Sequence record: SRR31156797_179
Direction: 5' to 3' (one strand)
Length of the DNA stretch: 64,000 nucleotides
Both the position numbers and the translations under genes were made by a program. Within the stretch, counting starts at the first letter, position 1, and each line of letters starts with the position of its first letter. Positions 40,378 through 50,258 of the stretch are shown here, in pieces. The notes under the pieces were generated by a model. It searched no databases and was not told where the DNA came from. It saw nothing but the letters and a program-made list of their open reading frames with translations.

Positions 40378-41247
40378 CTACTGTAATACAAATCGATAGG
40401 TTATAGTGCCGATCTGAAAAGCATCAGCGTTATTATCCTGATTGAATTTGGCTTTTTTGGCAGCATTGAGGGCTGCTTTAATTAGTTTCGAACTGGTTGT
40501 GGTTGAACCTTTAGCCTGGTATGAAGCGGATGTGACATTTCCGTTTTGGTCAACCGTAACTCGTACTACCACAGTTCCTGATTCGTTGGCTGTGTATACA
40601 GGTTTGGGTAATCGTCCACCTTGTGGTGAGCGGCCTTCTAAACTGTAGCCAATACCTTTATCGCCAAGTCCTTTTCCTTCTCCATAGTTTTTAGCATTTG
40701 GATCGCCTTCAGGATCTCCCTGATTGCCATCACCACCATTGTTTCCATCTGATTGGGAATCTGAACCTTCCTTGCCACCCTGTGAAAAGGCATTTTTAGT
40801 GAGTTCTTCAATTTTCTTACGTTCTTCCTCTTCTTTTTTTCTTTTTTCTTCAAGCTCTTTCTGTTTGCGCAATTCTTCTTCTCTTTCTCTTTGCTTGCGT
40901 ATTTCTTCCTCACGTTTTTTGCGCGCTTCTTCTTTTTTAGCTTCCATGGCAGCGGCATCCTCGAAATCTTGTGTCATTACATTTTCCTCTGTTTCAGTTT
41001 CAGTAGGAGGAGGAGTGGAAGATTCTTCAGGTGTGGTAGGTTCTGGTTGGGCAATGCCACTGGTTTCAACCTGACCCATTCCGGCATCATCGTAGCCGAA
41101 ATTTACAAGAATTCCTTCTTCTTCAGGTAAGGGTAAAGGGGTTGAAAAACCGAGAATTATAAGCAATACAAGAATTGCTCCTGTGAAACTAAATGTTCCC
41201 CAGAAGGCAATGCGCTTATTCTTTTTTCGGTTTTCGTATTCTTTCAT
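40378..41247 (-). CDS. TonB/TolA-like energy transducer
   Basis: N-terminal TM, Pro/Glu segment, long E/K/R helix, Gly-rich linker, TonB_C-like GTVVVRVTVD..G.V; follows exbB-exbD. Confidence 0.85.
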   Translation of the reverse strand: MKEYENRKKNKRIAFWGTFSFTGAILVLLIILGFSTPLPLPEEEGILVNFGYDDAGMGQVETSGIAQPEPTTPEESSTPPPTETETEENVMTQDFEDAAAMEAKKEEARKKREEEIRKQREREEELRKQKELEEKRKKEEEERKKIEELTKNAFSQGGKEGSDSQSDGNNGGDGNQGDPEGDPNAKNYGEGKGLGDKGIGYSLEGRSPQGGRLPKPVYTANESGTVVVRVTVDQNGNVTSASYQAKGSTTTSSKLIKAALNAAKKAKFNQDNNADAFQIGTITYRFVLQ

Positions 41248-41654
41248 CAGTTTCCGGATGTGGCTGCTATTAGTTTATATTTATTCCGCTTAGCTATATT
41301 CATCACTTTAACTACTTCTTCCCATGCAACGCGTTTGTCGGCATGTAAAGAAATGGTTGGGATTTCTTCTTTTACGCTTATTCTATTAACTTCATCTTGC
41401 AATTTTTTTTCAAGCATTGCAAATGGTACTTCTTGTGTACCCACTGCATATCGTAAGTCTTGTGTGATACTAACAGAAACTATTGGTTTATTAGCACGTG
41501 TTTGGTTTTTGCTTTGTGGTAAAAGCATTTTTAATGCGTTTGGTGAAATTAATGTACTTGTTACCATGAAAAATATTAGCAATAGAAACACAATGTCTGT
41601 CATTGAGGACATGCTGAAACTTGCATTTATTTTACTTCGTCTCTTAATTGCCAT
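41247..41654 (-). CDS. exbD: Biopolymer transporter ExbD
   Basis: SMTDIVFLLLIFFMVTST and LHADK. Confidence 0.92.
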   Translation of the reverse strand: MAIKRRSKINASFSMSSMTDIVFLLLIFFMVTSTLISPNALKMLLPQSKNQTRANKPIVSVSITQDLRYAVGTQEVPFAMLEKKLQDEVNRISVKEEIPTISLHADKRVAWEEVVKVMNIAKRNKYKLIAATSGN

Positions 41655-41660
41655 AAGTAA

Positions 41661-42359
41661 TTAGTTTGCCGGTTCGTTTAATAAATCCATAAATTCTGTT
41701 GTGCGTGCTTCCAATCTAAAAACTACTTTTTCTACACGTGCAACCAGAATGTTGTATGCGAAGTATGCCAGGATACCAACAATTAGACCTGCTACAGTTG
41801 TAACCATGGCTGTATAAATCCCATTTGATAATACTGTAATATCAATGTTGTTTCCTGCACTGGCCATGTCGTAAAAGGCTTTAATCATACCCATTACTGT
41901 ACCAAGGAACCCAATCATAGGCGCTCCACCGGAGGTTGTGGCTAAAGTTGGCAATCCTTTTTCCAATCTTGCAGTTTCTAAGTTTGCAATATTCTCAATG
42001 GCTGTGTTAATGTCACTCAACGGGCGTCCAATACGGCTAATACCTGTTTCAAGCATGCGTGCTGTAATGGTATTTGTTGATTGACATAGACTTTGAGCTG
42101 CATCGATTTTGCCTTCATGAATATAATCTTTGATACGATTCATAAATGAAGGATCTTCTTTAGAAGCATCTTTTAATGCAAAATAGCGTTCAAAGAAAAT
42201 GTATACTGAAAGTATCAATAATATGATGATAGGAATCATGATGACTCCACCTTTCATTGCAAGGTCAAAAAATGATAACGTTAATTCTCCTTCTGCGCCC
42301 TGGGCTGCATTTTGAGCTGTATCTGCCAGTTGATTAACTTGTAAGATAATTCCAGTCAT
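41661..42359 (-). CDS. exbB: MotA/TolQ/ExbB proton channel protein
   Basis: APMIGFLGTVMGM and AMVTTVAGLIVGI. Confidence 0.9.
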   Translation of the reverse strand: MTGIILQVNQLADTAQNAAQGAEGELTLSFFDLAMKGGVIMIPIIILLILSVYIFFERYFALKDASKEDPSFMNRIKDYIHEGKIDAAQSLCQSTNTITARMLETGISRIGRPLSDINTAIENIANLETARLEKGLPTLATTSGGAPMIGFLGTVMGMIKAFYDMASAGNNIDITVLSNGIYTAMVTTVAGLIVGILAYFAYNILVARVEKVVFRLEARTTEFMDLLNEPAN

Positions 42360-42466
42360 TGATTTATTTGTTTTTCGCGGTTAAAACGTTTAAGCCTACG
42401 AAATTATTATATTTTTTTGTTCTTCACAAGGTTTAACGAGAATAGAAATAGAAAGTTGATATCATA

Positions 42467-43834
42467 CTACTTAATAACAGTGTTTTTTTTAGATGCAAGG
42501 TTCCTTTTCCATTCTCTTATCATCAAAGTTCCTGCAATTAATGCGGATATGAAATCTGCTGTGGGCGAGGCCATCCATATTCCATTTAATCCCCAATAAT
42601 TTGGAAAAATAAATAGGAGTGGCATCAATACGATAACCTGACGCAATAAACTTAAAAAAGCAGCAACCTTAGCTTTCCCGACCGATTGGAAATAATTACT
42701 AATGACTATTTGAAATCCAACAAAAGGAAGCATGATGACAAAAATTCGCAATCCCGTAACTCCATATTCATGTAATAATTCACTTTCATTGTTGAATAAC
42801 CTGATTAAGGGCGATGGGAATGCTTCCAGTATTATCCAACTTATAACTGCAAGAATAGTAGCTGCAATCATTCCAAATCGAAGAGTTTGCTTTACCCGTT
42901 CAATGTTTCTTGCTCCATAATTAAAGCCAATAATAGGTTGCGACGCCATATTTAGAGCAATAATACTCATTACAATTAGAACTACAACACTCATAATAAT
43001 TCCAAAAGCTCCAACTGCTATATCACCTCCATACTTAATTAATTGTGTGTTGTAAACTCCTTGTACAAAGCTATTTGCAATTTGCATAAAGAAGGGAGCC
43101 ATTCCTATAGCGATAATGCCTTTTGCAATAAAAGGATCATATTTTATACGATGCCATTTGAGCGGTACTACACATCTTTTACTTCTAAAGTGGGCCAATA
43201 CCCATATTGAAAGTATAGCCATGGAGATAATTGTTGCATAAGCAGCACCTTTTACACCCCAGCCAAATTTCATAATGAATAACCAATCTAGTGGAATATT
43301 AATCCCTGCTGCAATCAGCATGCTGTACATGGCTAATTTGGCATTTCCTTCTGAACGAATATGGCTGTTTAGTGAAAAGCCAATCATTTGAAATACAATT
43401 CCAAATAAAATGATATTTAGATATTCATTGGCGTAATTTATAGTAGTTTCTGTGGCCCCAAAAGCTTCCAGCATAGGTTGTTTTATGGCAAATCCCAATG
43501 CAGCCATAAAAAATGATATAATGAATACCAATAAAAGTACATTCCCTAATACCTTTTCAGCTTTATCATATTTTTTTTCACCCAAAAAAATTGAAAGTTT
43601 GACGCTTCCTCCCATACCAATTAACATCCCAAAAGCCATTATGATAATCATGATTGGGAAAACACTGGTTATGCCACTTAGTGCATCAGCACCAACGCCT
43701 TGTCCAATAAATATGCGATCAATTATGTTATAAAGGGAGTTAGCAATTACACCAACAAAGGCAGGCCAATAATACTTCATTATTAGCTTCCCTACAGGCA
43801 TCTTTTCCAGTTGTTCTGTTTGGGTTTTTCTCAC
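42467..43834 (-). CDS. MATE family efflux transporter (MepA-like)
   Basis: LYNIIDRIFIG, NIPLD..F, GVKGAAYAT and QPIIGFNYGA; GTG start. Confidence 0.92.
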   Translation of the reverse strand: MRKTQTEQLEKMPVGKLIMKYYWPAFVGVIANSLYNIIDRIFIGQGVGADALSGITSVFPIMIIIMAFGMLIGMGGSVKLSIFLGEKKYDKAEKVLGNVLLLVFIISFFMAALGFAIKQPMLEAFGATETTINYANEYLNIILFGIVFQMIGFSLNSHIRSEGNAKLAMYSMLIAAGINIPLDWLFIMKFGWGVKGAAYATIISMAILSIWVLAHFRSKRCVVPLKWHRIKYDPFIAKGIIAIGMAPFFMQIANSFVQGVYNTQLIKYGGDIAVGAFGIIMSVVVLIVMSIIALNMASQPIIGFNYGARNIERVKQTLRFGMIAATILAVISWIILEAFPSPLIRLFNNESELLHEYGVTGLRIFVIMLPFVGFQIVISNYFQSVGKAKVAAFLSLLRQVIVLMPLLFIFPNYWGLNGIWMASPTADFISALIAGTLMIREWKRNLASKKNTVIK

Positions 43835-43935
43835 TATTATTATTCAAATAAGTTAATAGAAGCCAAAGGTGCAACAAATAATACGCCTAATTAAATTTTA
43901 GAAAGAATTTTTTAATATTTAGTGTAAATGGATAA

Positions 43936-45147
43936 TTAGATTTTTCTTGCTTTTTCAACTTCTTTAAATACACGCATAAAATTACCACCCCAAATCTTGA
44001 TGATTTCTTCTTCGGTATATCCTCTTCCAAGCAGCTCTTTGGTGATATTAGGCATTTCGCTTACATCGAAGCAATCTTCCAGTCCACCGCCACCATCAAA
44101 ATCACTTCCTATACCCACATGATCAATACCTGCAACTTTTACAATGTGATCAATATGGTCAACAAGGTCGGTTACTTTGGCAAGTTTTTGAGGGTATTCT
44201 CTTTGCAGTGCATGCCATTCTCTTACAGCCTGAGCGTAAACTGAGTCTGATAAACCTTTGTATCCCTTATATTTTACACGCAATGCGGCAAAAGCACTGT
44301 CTCTATCAGGTTGTTCTACAGGAGGTTTTACATAATCACTCAATAAACAAACTTGAATTACACCGCCATTTTTAGCTAGTTTTTTTAGCATCTCATCTGT
44401 CATGTTACGCGGATGATCGCAAACGGCTCTGGCATTGCTGTGTGAAGCAATTACAGGTACTGAGCTTTTCTCGACAATGTCAAAGAAGCTTTTATCAGAA
44501 GCATGCGATACGTCGATAATCATACCTAAATCATTCATTCTTTGCACAACTTCAACCCCCATTTCGCTTAGGCCATTGTGTTCCGTAGAATCAGTTGAGC
44601 TATCGCAAATATTATTATTTTTAGTATGGCACAAGGTAATGTAGCGCACGCCTCTTTTATAGAATTTTTCAATTTCATTGATGTCGTTACCTAAACCGTA
44701 TCCGTTCTCAATTCCAATGTAAAACGATCTTTTACCTTCTTTTTCGTTTTTGTATGCATCTTCTGGAGCTAATGTAACCGTTACTTTGTCAATGTTGCGG
44801 TTAACCTGCGCGTATATTGAGTCAATTATTTCTTGGGTTCTGGCATTTGCTTTAGCATGGTATTCAGGTGATCTTTCTCCCTGACCAATAAATGCAGCAA
44901 TAAATACAGCATCTAATCCACCTTTTTCCATTCTTGGTAAATCTAACCTGGAATAGGTTTCCCGACCATCATGATGTTCTGCAATATCAAAAGCGTCTCT
45001 TGTAAATCTCAATGGGGTATCTGTATGAGAGTCTATGGTTAATGCTTTTGTATGAATTCTTGCTGCTTTTTCTTCAGGTGTTTCTTGCTGACATTGACTT
45101 ACACTAAGTGTTAGTAAAAGAATGATTATCAATTGAATAGATTTCAT
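43936..45147 (-). CDS. Membrane dipeptidase (peptidase M19), exported or lipoprotein
   Basis: DSHTD, GIENG, DVSH, ASHS and GIGSDFDG; N-terminal signal with a Cys. Confidence 0.92.
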   Translation of the reverse strand: MKSIQLIIILLLTLSVSQCQQETPEEKAARIHTKALTIDSHTDTPLRFTRDAFDIAEHHDGRETYSRLDLPRMEKGGLDAVFIAAFIGQGERSPEYHAKANARTQEIIDSIYAQVNRNIDKVTVTLAPEDAYKNEKEGKRSFYIGIENGYGLGNDINEIEKFYKRGVRYITLCHTKNNNICDSSTDSTEHNGLSEMGVEVVQRMNDLGMIIDVSHASDKSFFDIVEKSSVPVIASHSNARAVCDHPRNMTDEMLKKLAKNGGVIQVCLLSDYVKPPVEQPDRDSAFAALRVKYKGYKGLSDSVYAQAVREWHALQREYPQKLAKVTDLVDHIDHIVKVAGIDHVGIGSDFDGGGGLEDCFDVSEMPNITKELLGRGYTEEEIIKIWGGNFMRVFKEVEKARKI

Positions 45148-45217
45148 AGTATTTATTTTGAAGTATTATAAATTTATACGAATTAAATAAAAAAATTACC
45201 TTGTTCACATTCGTAAT

Positions 45218-45245
45218 AATTAATGTGCGTATTCGAACATTAATT
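45218..45245. promoter_or_regulatory. Palindromic operator candidate between divergent peptidase genes
   Basis: AATTAATGTGCG-TATT-CGAACATTAATT; 11 of 12 arm positions are complementary. Confidence 0.45.
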
Positions 45246-45364
45246 TTCAAAATTTTATGCATTGTGAAATCTCAATAAAAACGTAAGATCTTGTTAAGTA
45301 ATGTTTTATTGGTTTTGGCATATTACTAGCAGATAAAATGCTTTAACCTTTAAAACATTTACAT

Positions 45365-47245
45365 ATGAAAAAGTTTTTCTCACTAATTGTATTAATCGCA
45401 ATTATCTCATTTTCAGTGCAAGCTGAAAATAAAGGTGATAAGAAAACATCACATGAATCAGATAGCAAATATTCTTGGGATTTATCCCAGATTTATTCCA
45501 ATTGGGATGAATGGTCAGCAGATTTAAATGATGCAAAAGAATTAATGTCAAAAATAAATACATTCAAAGGTCGCTTGAATGAAAGCCCTGATGTGTTTAT
45601 TGAAATGCTAAATGTGCAGGAGGAATTACAAAAAAAGTTCGTAAGGGTATATCGATACCCTGCTTTTATGAGAAGCTTGAATAGTCTTGATAAAGATGCT
45701 AATATGCAAATGCAGCAATTAATGTCTTTATATGCTTCATTCAATACTGCAACAAGTTGGATTACACCGGAAGTTCTTACAATACCGAAAGAAACGATGG
45801 AAGAATGGATCAATCAAAATAAAGAACTTGAGCCATATCGCTTTAATCTAATGGATCAATATAGATTACAAGAACATGTGTTAGATGCTGAGAAAGAGCA
45901 ACTACTAAGTTATTTCGTTAAACCTATGGGTACAGCTTCAACGATTTATGATGAGCTTTCAACATCTGATATTAAATTTCCTAAAATAACCCTTAGCAAT
46001 GGAGAAGAAGTTGAATTAACCCATGGGAATTATGCTCGATTAATGGAAAAGAGCGAAAACCAGGAAGACAGGAAGAAAGTATTTGAAACTTACTACGAAA
46101 TTTATAAAAAGAATGAAAATACTTATGCGGCAATTTACAAAGGGATTTGTGAAAAAAACAATGCCTGGGCTAATGCAAGAGGGTACGAAAGCACCCTAAA
46201 AGCTAAGCTTGAAGGAAATAATATTCCTGTTAGTGTTTATGAATCACTTATAAAAACAGCATATGATAATGTGGAGCCATTACAGCGTTATATGAAATTA
46301 CGTAAAAAGCTGATGGGACTCGATAAAATGTATATGTATGATTTAAGCACTAAACTTTCTGATTACAACAAAGAATATTCATTTGATGAGGGAGTTGATT
46401 TAGTGAAAAAGGCTGTAAAGCCATTGGGTAAGGATTATTATGATATGATTTCTGAAGCAACTGAAGGTGGTTGGATTGATGTATACGAAAAACCAAATAA
46501 GACTTCTGGTGCTTATTCCGCAAATGTTTATGGCGTACACCCTTATATTTTAATGAACTGGAATAAATCATTAAATCATGTATTTACTTTAGCTCATGAA
46601 CTAGGTCATTCCATGCATTCTATTTACTCTAATGAAAATCAACCTTATCCAACGCATAGCTATACTATTTTTGTAGCCGAGGTTGCTTCAACATTTAATG
46701 AGCAGTTATTATTAAATCAGATGATTGAAGAAGCTGAAAGCTCAGAAGAGAGAATAGCTCTATTGCAGCAGGCAATTGAAAATATTTGGGGGACTTTTTA
46801 TGTACAATCACTTTTTGCTGATTATGAATATAGAGTTCACAAATTAGTTGAACAAGGTCAACCCGTTACAGCTGATGTATTGAACGGCATCATGTCTGAG
46901 CTTTATACGCACTATTATGGTGATGCTGTTTTACCTAGTGAAATTGGAAATGTAAAATGGGCTCGTGTTCCTCATTTTTTCGGAACACCTTATTACGTTT
47001 ATCAATATGCCACCTCATTTTCAGCATCTTCTGCCATCTACAATGAGTTTGAAAAGGCTGATAAAAAAGGTAAAAGCGAAATACTTGACAGATATAAAAC
47101 ATTATTAAAGTCAGGTGGGAATGATTACCCTGTGAGTCAGTTACAAAAGGCAGGTGTTGATTTAACAACCAGCGAACCTTTCAAGGCTGTTGTAGCACAA
47201 ATGGATGAATTAGTAACAAAGTTAGAAAACGAGTTAGATAAGTAG
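45365..47245 (+). CDS. pepF: Oligoendopeptidase F (M3B) with signal peptide
   Basis: WDL..IY, K.SGAYS, TLAHELGHSMH, FVAEVASTFNE, PHF and YYVYQYA. Confidence 0.92.
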   Translation: MKKFFSLIVLIAIISFSVQAENKGDKKTSHESDSKYSWDLSQIYSNWDEWSADLNDAKELMSKINTFKGRLNESPDVFIEMLNVQEELQKKFVRVYRYPAFMRSLNSLDKDANMQMQQLMSLYASFNTATSWITPEVLTIPKETMEEWINQNKELEPYRFNLMDQYRLQEHVLDAEKEQLLSYFVKPMGTASTIYDELSTSDIKFPKITLSNGEEVELTHGNYARLMEKSENQEDRKKVFETYYEIYKKNENTYAAIYKGICEKNNAWANARGYESTLKAKLEGNNIPVSVYESLIKTAYDNVEPLQRYMKLRKKLMGLDKMYMYDLSTKLSDYNKEYSFDEGVDLVKKAVKPLGKDYYDMISEATEGGWIDVYEKPNKTSGAYSANVYGVHPYILMNWNKSLNHVFTLAHELGHSMHSIYSNENQPYPTHSYTIFVAEVASTFNEQLLLNQMIEEAESSEERIALLQQAIENIWGTFYVQSLFADYEYRVHKLVEQGQPVTADVLNGIMSELYTHYYGDAVLPSEIGNVKWARVPHFFGTPYYVYQYATSFSASSAIYNEFEKADKKGKSEILDRYKTLLKSGGNDYPVSQLQKAGVDLTTSEPFKAVVAQMDELVTKLENELDK

Positions 47246-47269
47246 TAGTTTAGATTTTCTCATTAAAAT

Positions 47270-47296
47270 GGGGTTGCTTATTGCAGCCCTTTTTTT
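47270..47296 (+). terminator. Intrinsic terminator
   Basis: GGGTTGC-TTATT-GCAGCCC followed by a T-tract. Confidence 0.8.
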
Positions 47297-47545
47297 ATAT
47301 TCTATTATATTATAATCTTGTCTAATTCTCTTTATATTAGCTGTTTAATTAACGTTCAAAGCATAAATCACAAATTTAAAAAGGCAAATTCTAATTATTG
47401 AACCATTATGAAATTAAGCAATAGGGTTTTGAATTATTAACGACTAAAATATCAAAATTTGATAATTCAATAAACCTAATCACTTATTTAACTTAATCAA
47501 CTTAATCACTCAAAAAAACCAATAACTAATTAACTCAAAACTCTA

Positions 47546-48523
47546 TTAGATCATCATCAAATTACAACCCCTTATTTCACTTTCGTCAAATCGACCCAAT
47601 ACTTCAAATGTCCCGTCTGAATTCACATTGCCAATATCGCTTGTTTGAATGAAAGCGCATGAATAGATATTGGCCAGATCAATGATATTGATTCCACCTT
47701 TTCCAAATTCAGAGCAATGCAGCGGATTGTAGAAATCGTAGGAGAGGACCTTCATCCAAGGTGGTGTTTTAAATAATCCATTCCCAAAGCTATAAGCTTG
47801 TGAAAGAAGTTCTGTCATTCCGTATTCTGAATGAATGGTTTCTACTCCAAATCCAGCCTTAAGTATTTGATGAACTTCCTCTCTTATCATTTCTTTACGC
47901 CTGCCCTTCATTCCGCCGGTTTCCATGATAATCGTATGTTCTAGCTTCAATTGATAATGTTCAATAAAATCGAGAAGTCCAAAAGTCACACCTAAAAGCA
48001 ATGTTTTTATTCCATTGGTTTCGTTCTCTATTAAAATGGAGTGCAACTTTTCATGATCATGTAAATAGAAACCACTTTTGTTGTTTTTGCTAAGCTTTAT
48101 TAATTGATCAGTCATATATACCAGAGAGGAACCTTCTCTTTCCAGGTAGCCCGGCAGAAGGGCCAAAATGCAATAATTCTGCGGCTCACCATAAAAGCGT
48201 TTAAAGCCTTCAATAAAACTCTGCTCATAGGTTTTTAAATCATAAATGTAGTGTGATGAAGGTATACTTCCGGTAGTGCTGCTTGAAGTGAATATTTTTT
48301 CATGGCTTTCTTTTGTTGTATTTTTTTGTGTTTTAAAAAAATCAACAGGCATGAAAGGGATATGAGTGATATGGGTGATTTGGGAAGGATTAATATCTAG
48401 CTCATTTATAAACTTTTTATAGACCTGATTGGTTTCAGCCTGATATCTAAAAAGTCTTAATGAAACTTCTTCGAAATCAAAGGGTTCTTTGGTTATTTTA
48501 ATAATACTAAATGGAGGTTCCAT
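47546..48523 (-). CDS. LuxE-like acyl-protein synthetase / acyltransferase
   Basis: IPFMP..FFK, FTSSSTTG, METGGMKGR, SEYGMTEL and GR....RGC. Confidence 0.85.
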   Translation of the reverse strand: MEPPFSIIKITKEPFDFEEVSLRLFRYQAETNQVYKKFINELDINPSQITHITHIPFMPVDFFKTQKNTTKESHEKIFTSSSTTGSIPSSHYIYDLKTYEQSFIEGFKRFYGEPQNYCILALLPGYLEREGSSLVYMTDQLIKLSKNNKSGFYLHDHEKLHSILIENETNGIKTLLLGVTFGLLDFIEHYQLKLEHTIIMETGGMKGRRKEMIREEVHQILKAGFGVETIHSEYGMTELLSQAYSFGNGLFKTPPWMKVLSYDFYNPLHCSEFGKGGINIIDLANIYSCAFIQTSDIGNVNSDGTFEVLGRFDESEIRGCNLMMI

Positions 48524-48540
48524 ATCATTTTATTGTCTGG

Positions 48541-48548
48541 CAAAAGTA
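48541..48548 (-). promoter_or_regulatory. -7 element (TACTTTTG) of the luxE-like gene
   Basis: TAnnTTTG match 17 nt upstream of the ATG. Confidence 0.5.
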
Positions 48549-48639
48549 TTAAAAATTGCTTTCATTTAGATTATTTTGTAACTTAATACGTTAGTTGTTT
48601 GTTGCACTATGAAAGTGAACGTTTAAAAACCTTACTGCC

Positions 48640-49347
48640 ATGAAAAAGTTATTTTTCTTAATATTACTAAGTATACTTATCCTGCCTTCTTTTGGGCAGT
48701 TTGTTACTAAAGATACTATTCCCATTCGTGGGATCGTATTTGATGAGAACAAGAAAGTGATGCCCAATACACATGTTTTGATTAATCATATTCGTGGAAC
48801 GCTAACAACTCCTGGTGGATTTTTTAATTTGAATGTGAGTGCAAAGGATACACTTACCTTTAGTTATGTGGGTTATAAAACATTTGATTATATAGTTCCA
48901 GATACTATGAGTCGGCTGGGCTTTTTAACAGGAGTTTTTCTCCAGCGCGATACACTTTATCTGAATGAGATAGTGGTTTTACCCTGGTTAAATAAAGAGG
49001 AGTTTAGGCATGCTATGATTAATAAGAAGAATCTAAGTAAAAATGAATCACATGCTAAGGCTAACCTTAGTTTAATACATGCAAGTCCAGGTGATAAATA
49101 TAGTTATTTACAAAAATCAGGAGCCGATGTGCAAATGGATCAGTTTAATATGCAACAACAATATAAAGGCCTAATTTCTCCTGATGATATGGTTGGAGTT
49201 GATTTTGGAGCAGCAGTTGGATTAATTATCAATGCTTTTACATGGAAAAAAGTTCAGGAAAAATCTGAAGAAATTTTGAAGGATCGTATTCTTGAATATA
49301 AATATCAAATTGAACGAAAAGAAAAAGAGGATCAACCAGAAAATTGA
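48640..49347 (+). CDS. Secreted protein with carboxypeptidase-regulatory-like domain
   Basis: Signal peptide (SFG/Q); IRGIVFD...GTLT...G.F...DTLTFSYVGYK...L.EIVV. Confidence 0.75.
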   Translation: MKKLFFLILLSILILPSFGQFVTKDTIPIRGIVFDENKKVMPNTHVLINHIRGTLTTPGGFFNLNVSAKDTLTFSYVGYKTFDYIVPDTMSRLGFLTGVFLQRDTLYLNEIVVLPWLNKEEFRHAMINKKNLSKNESHAKANLSLIHASPGDKYSYLQKSGADVQMDQFNMQQQYKGLISPDDMVGVDFGAAVGLIINAFTWKKVQEKSEEILKDRILEYKYQIERKEKEDQPEN

Positions 49348-49429
49348 ACTGATACACAAATGATTAACGTTTGCGTAAAATTTTAGGTTAATCCCCTCGT
49401 TTTTATAATTGCAAAAAGTGTGCTAAAAA

Positions 49430-49780
49430 ATGGATTCTGAAATAATTAGGTCATACTGTTTGAGTAAAAGTCATGTTACAGAAGGCTTCCCATTCGATGA
49501 AACTTCTTTGGTTTTTAAAGTAGCTGATAAAATGTTTGCATTATTAGACCTGGAAAATGATTTACGAATGAATTTGAAATGCAAACCTGACAGATCAATT
49601 GAACTAAGAGAGAGATATCCGGCCATTCAGCCCGGTTATCATATGAATAAGAAACATTGGAATACAGTTTATATAGATGGAACACTTTCACAAGATGAGG
49701 TTTTTGAATTGATAGATCATTCTTATGACTTAGTAGTAAGTAAATTACCAATGAAACTGAAGGAAGAAATTGGTAAATAA
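49430..49780 (+). CDS. MmcQ/YjbR family protein
   Basis: FPF, VFKV..KMFA, NLKC.P and PGYHMNKKHWNTV. Confidence 0.93.
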   Translation: MDSEIIRSYCLSKSHVTEGFPFDETSLVFKVADKMFALLDLENDLRMNLKCKPDRSIELRERYPAIQPGYHMNKKHWNTVYIDGTLSQDEVFELIDHSYDLVVSKLPMKLKEEIGK

Positions 49781-49849
49781 CAAATACTAATATTTTTTAT
49801 CCCAAATCCTTTATATACCTTTACCAATCTATGGTATAAGAATAAATCT

Positions 49850-50257
49850 ATGTATAAACATTCCACAAAATTCAGAGTAAGATATAGCGAAACAGATAAA
49901 ATGGGTGTTGTTTATCATTCAAATTACATTGAATATTATGAAGTAGCTCGTACCGAGTGTATTCGTTCTTTGGGTTTGCCATACAGTGAATTGGAAGCGA
50001 AGGGAATTATTCTTCCTGTAACTAAGGTTGAGTCAATTTATAAAGGTTCATTGTATTACGATGATGAGATAGAAGTGGTTGCTACTGTGAGAGAAATTCC
50101 AGGTTTTAAAATTATATTCGACTATGATGTCTTGCGTGAAGGGAAATTAGTGAATAAGGGTGTTAGTGAACTTGTTTTTTATGATATTGCAAAAAAACGT
50201 CCATGCAAAGCACCACAAGAATTAATTGAAGCTTTAAAACCATATTATAGTCATTAA
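49850..50257 (+). CDS. Acyl-CoA thioesterase (YbgC/4HBT family)
   Basis: RVRYSETDKMGVVYHSNY. Confidence 0.92.
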   Translation: MYKHSTKFRVRYSETDKMGVVYHSNYIEYYEVARTECIRSLGLPYSELEAKGIILPVTKVESIYKGSLYYDDEIEVVATVREIPGFKIIFDYDVLREGKLVNKGVSELVFYDIAKKRPCKAPQELIEALKPYYSH

Positions 50258-50258
50258 A

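Noticed and set aside
40442-41130. Several overlapping ORFs within the tonB-like gene
   Set aside because: Shadow frames caused by low-complexity E/K/R codons.
47546-48523. Bioluminescence operon
   Set aside because: No luxA, luxB, luxC or luxD nearby.
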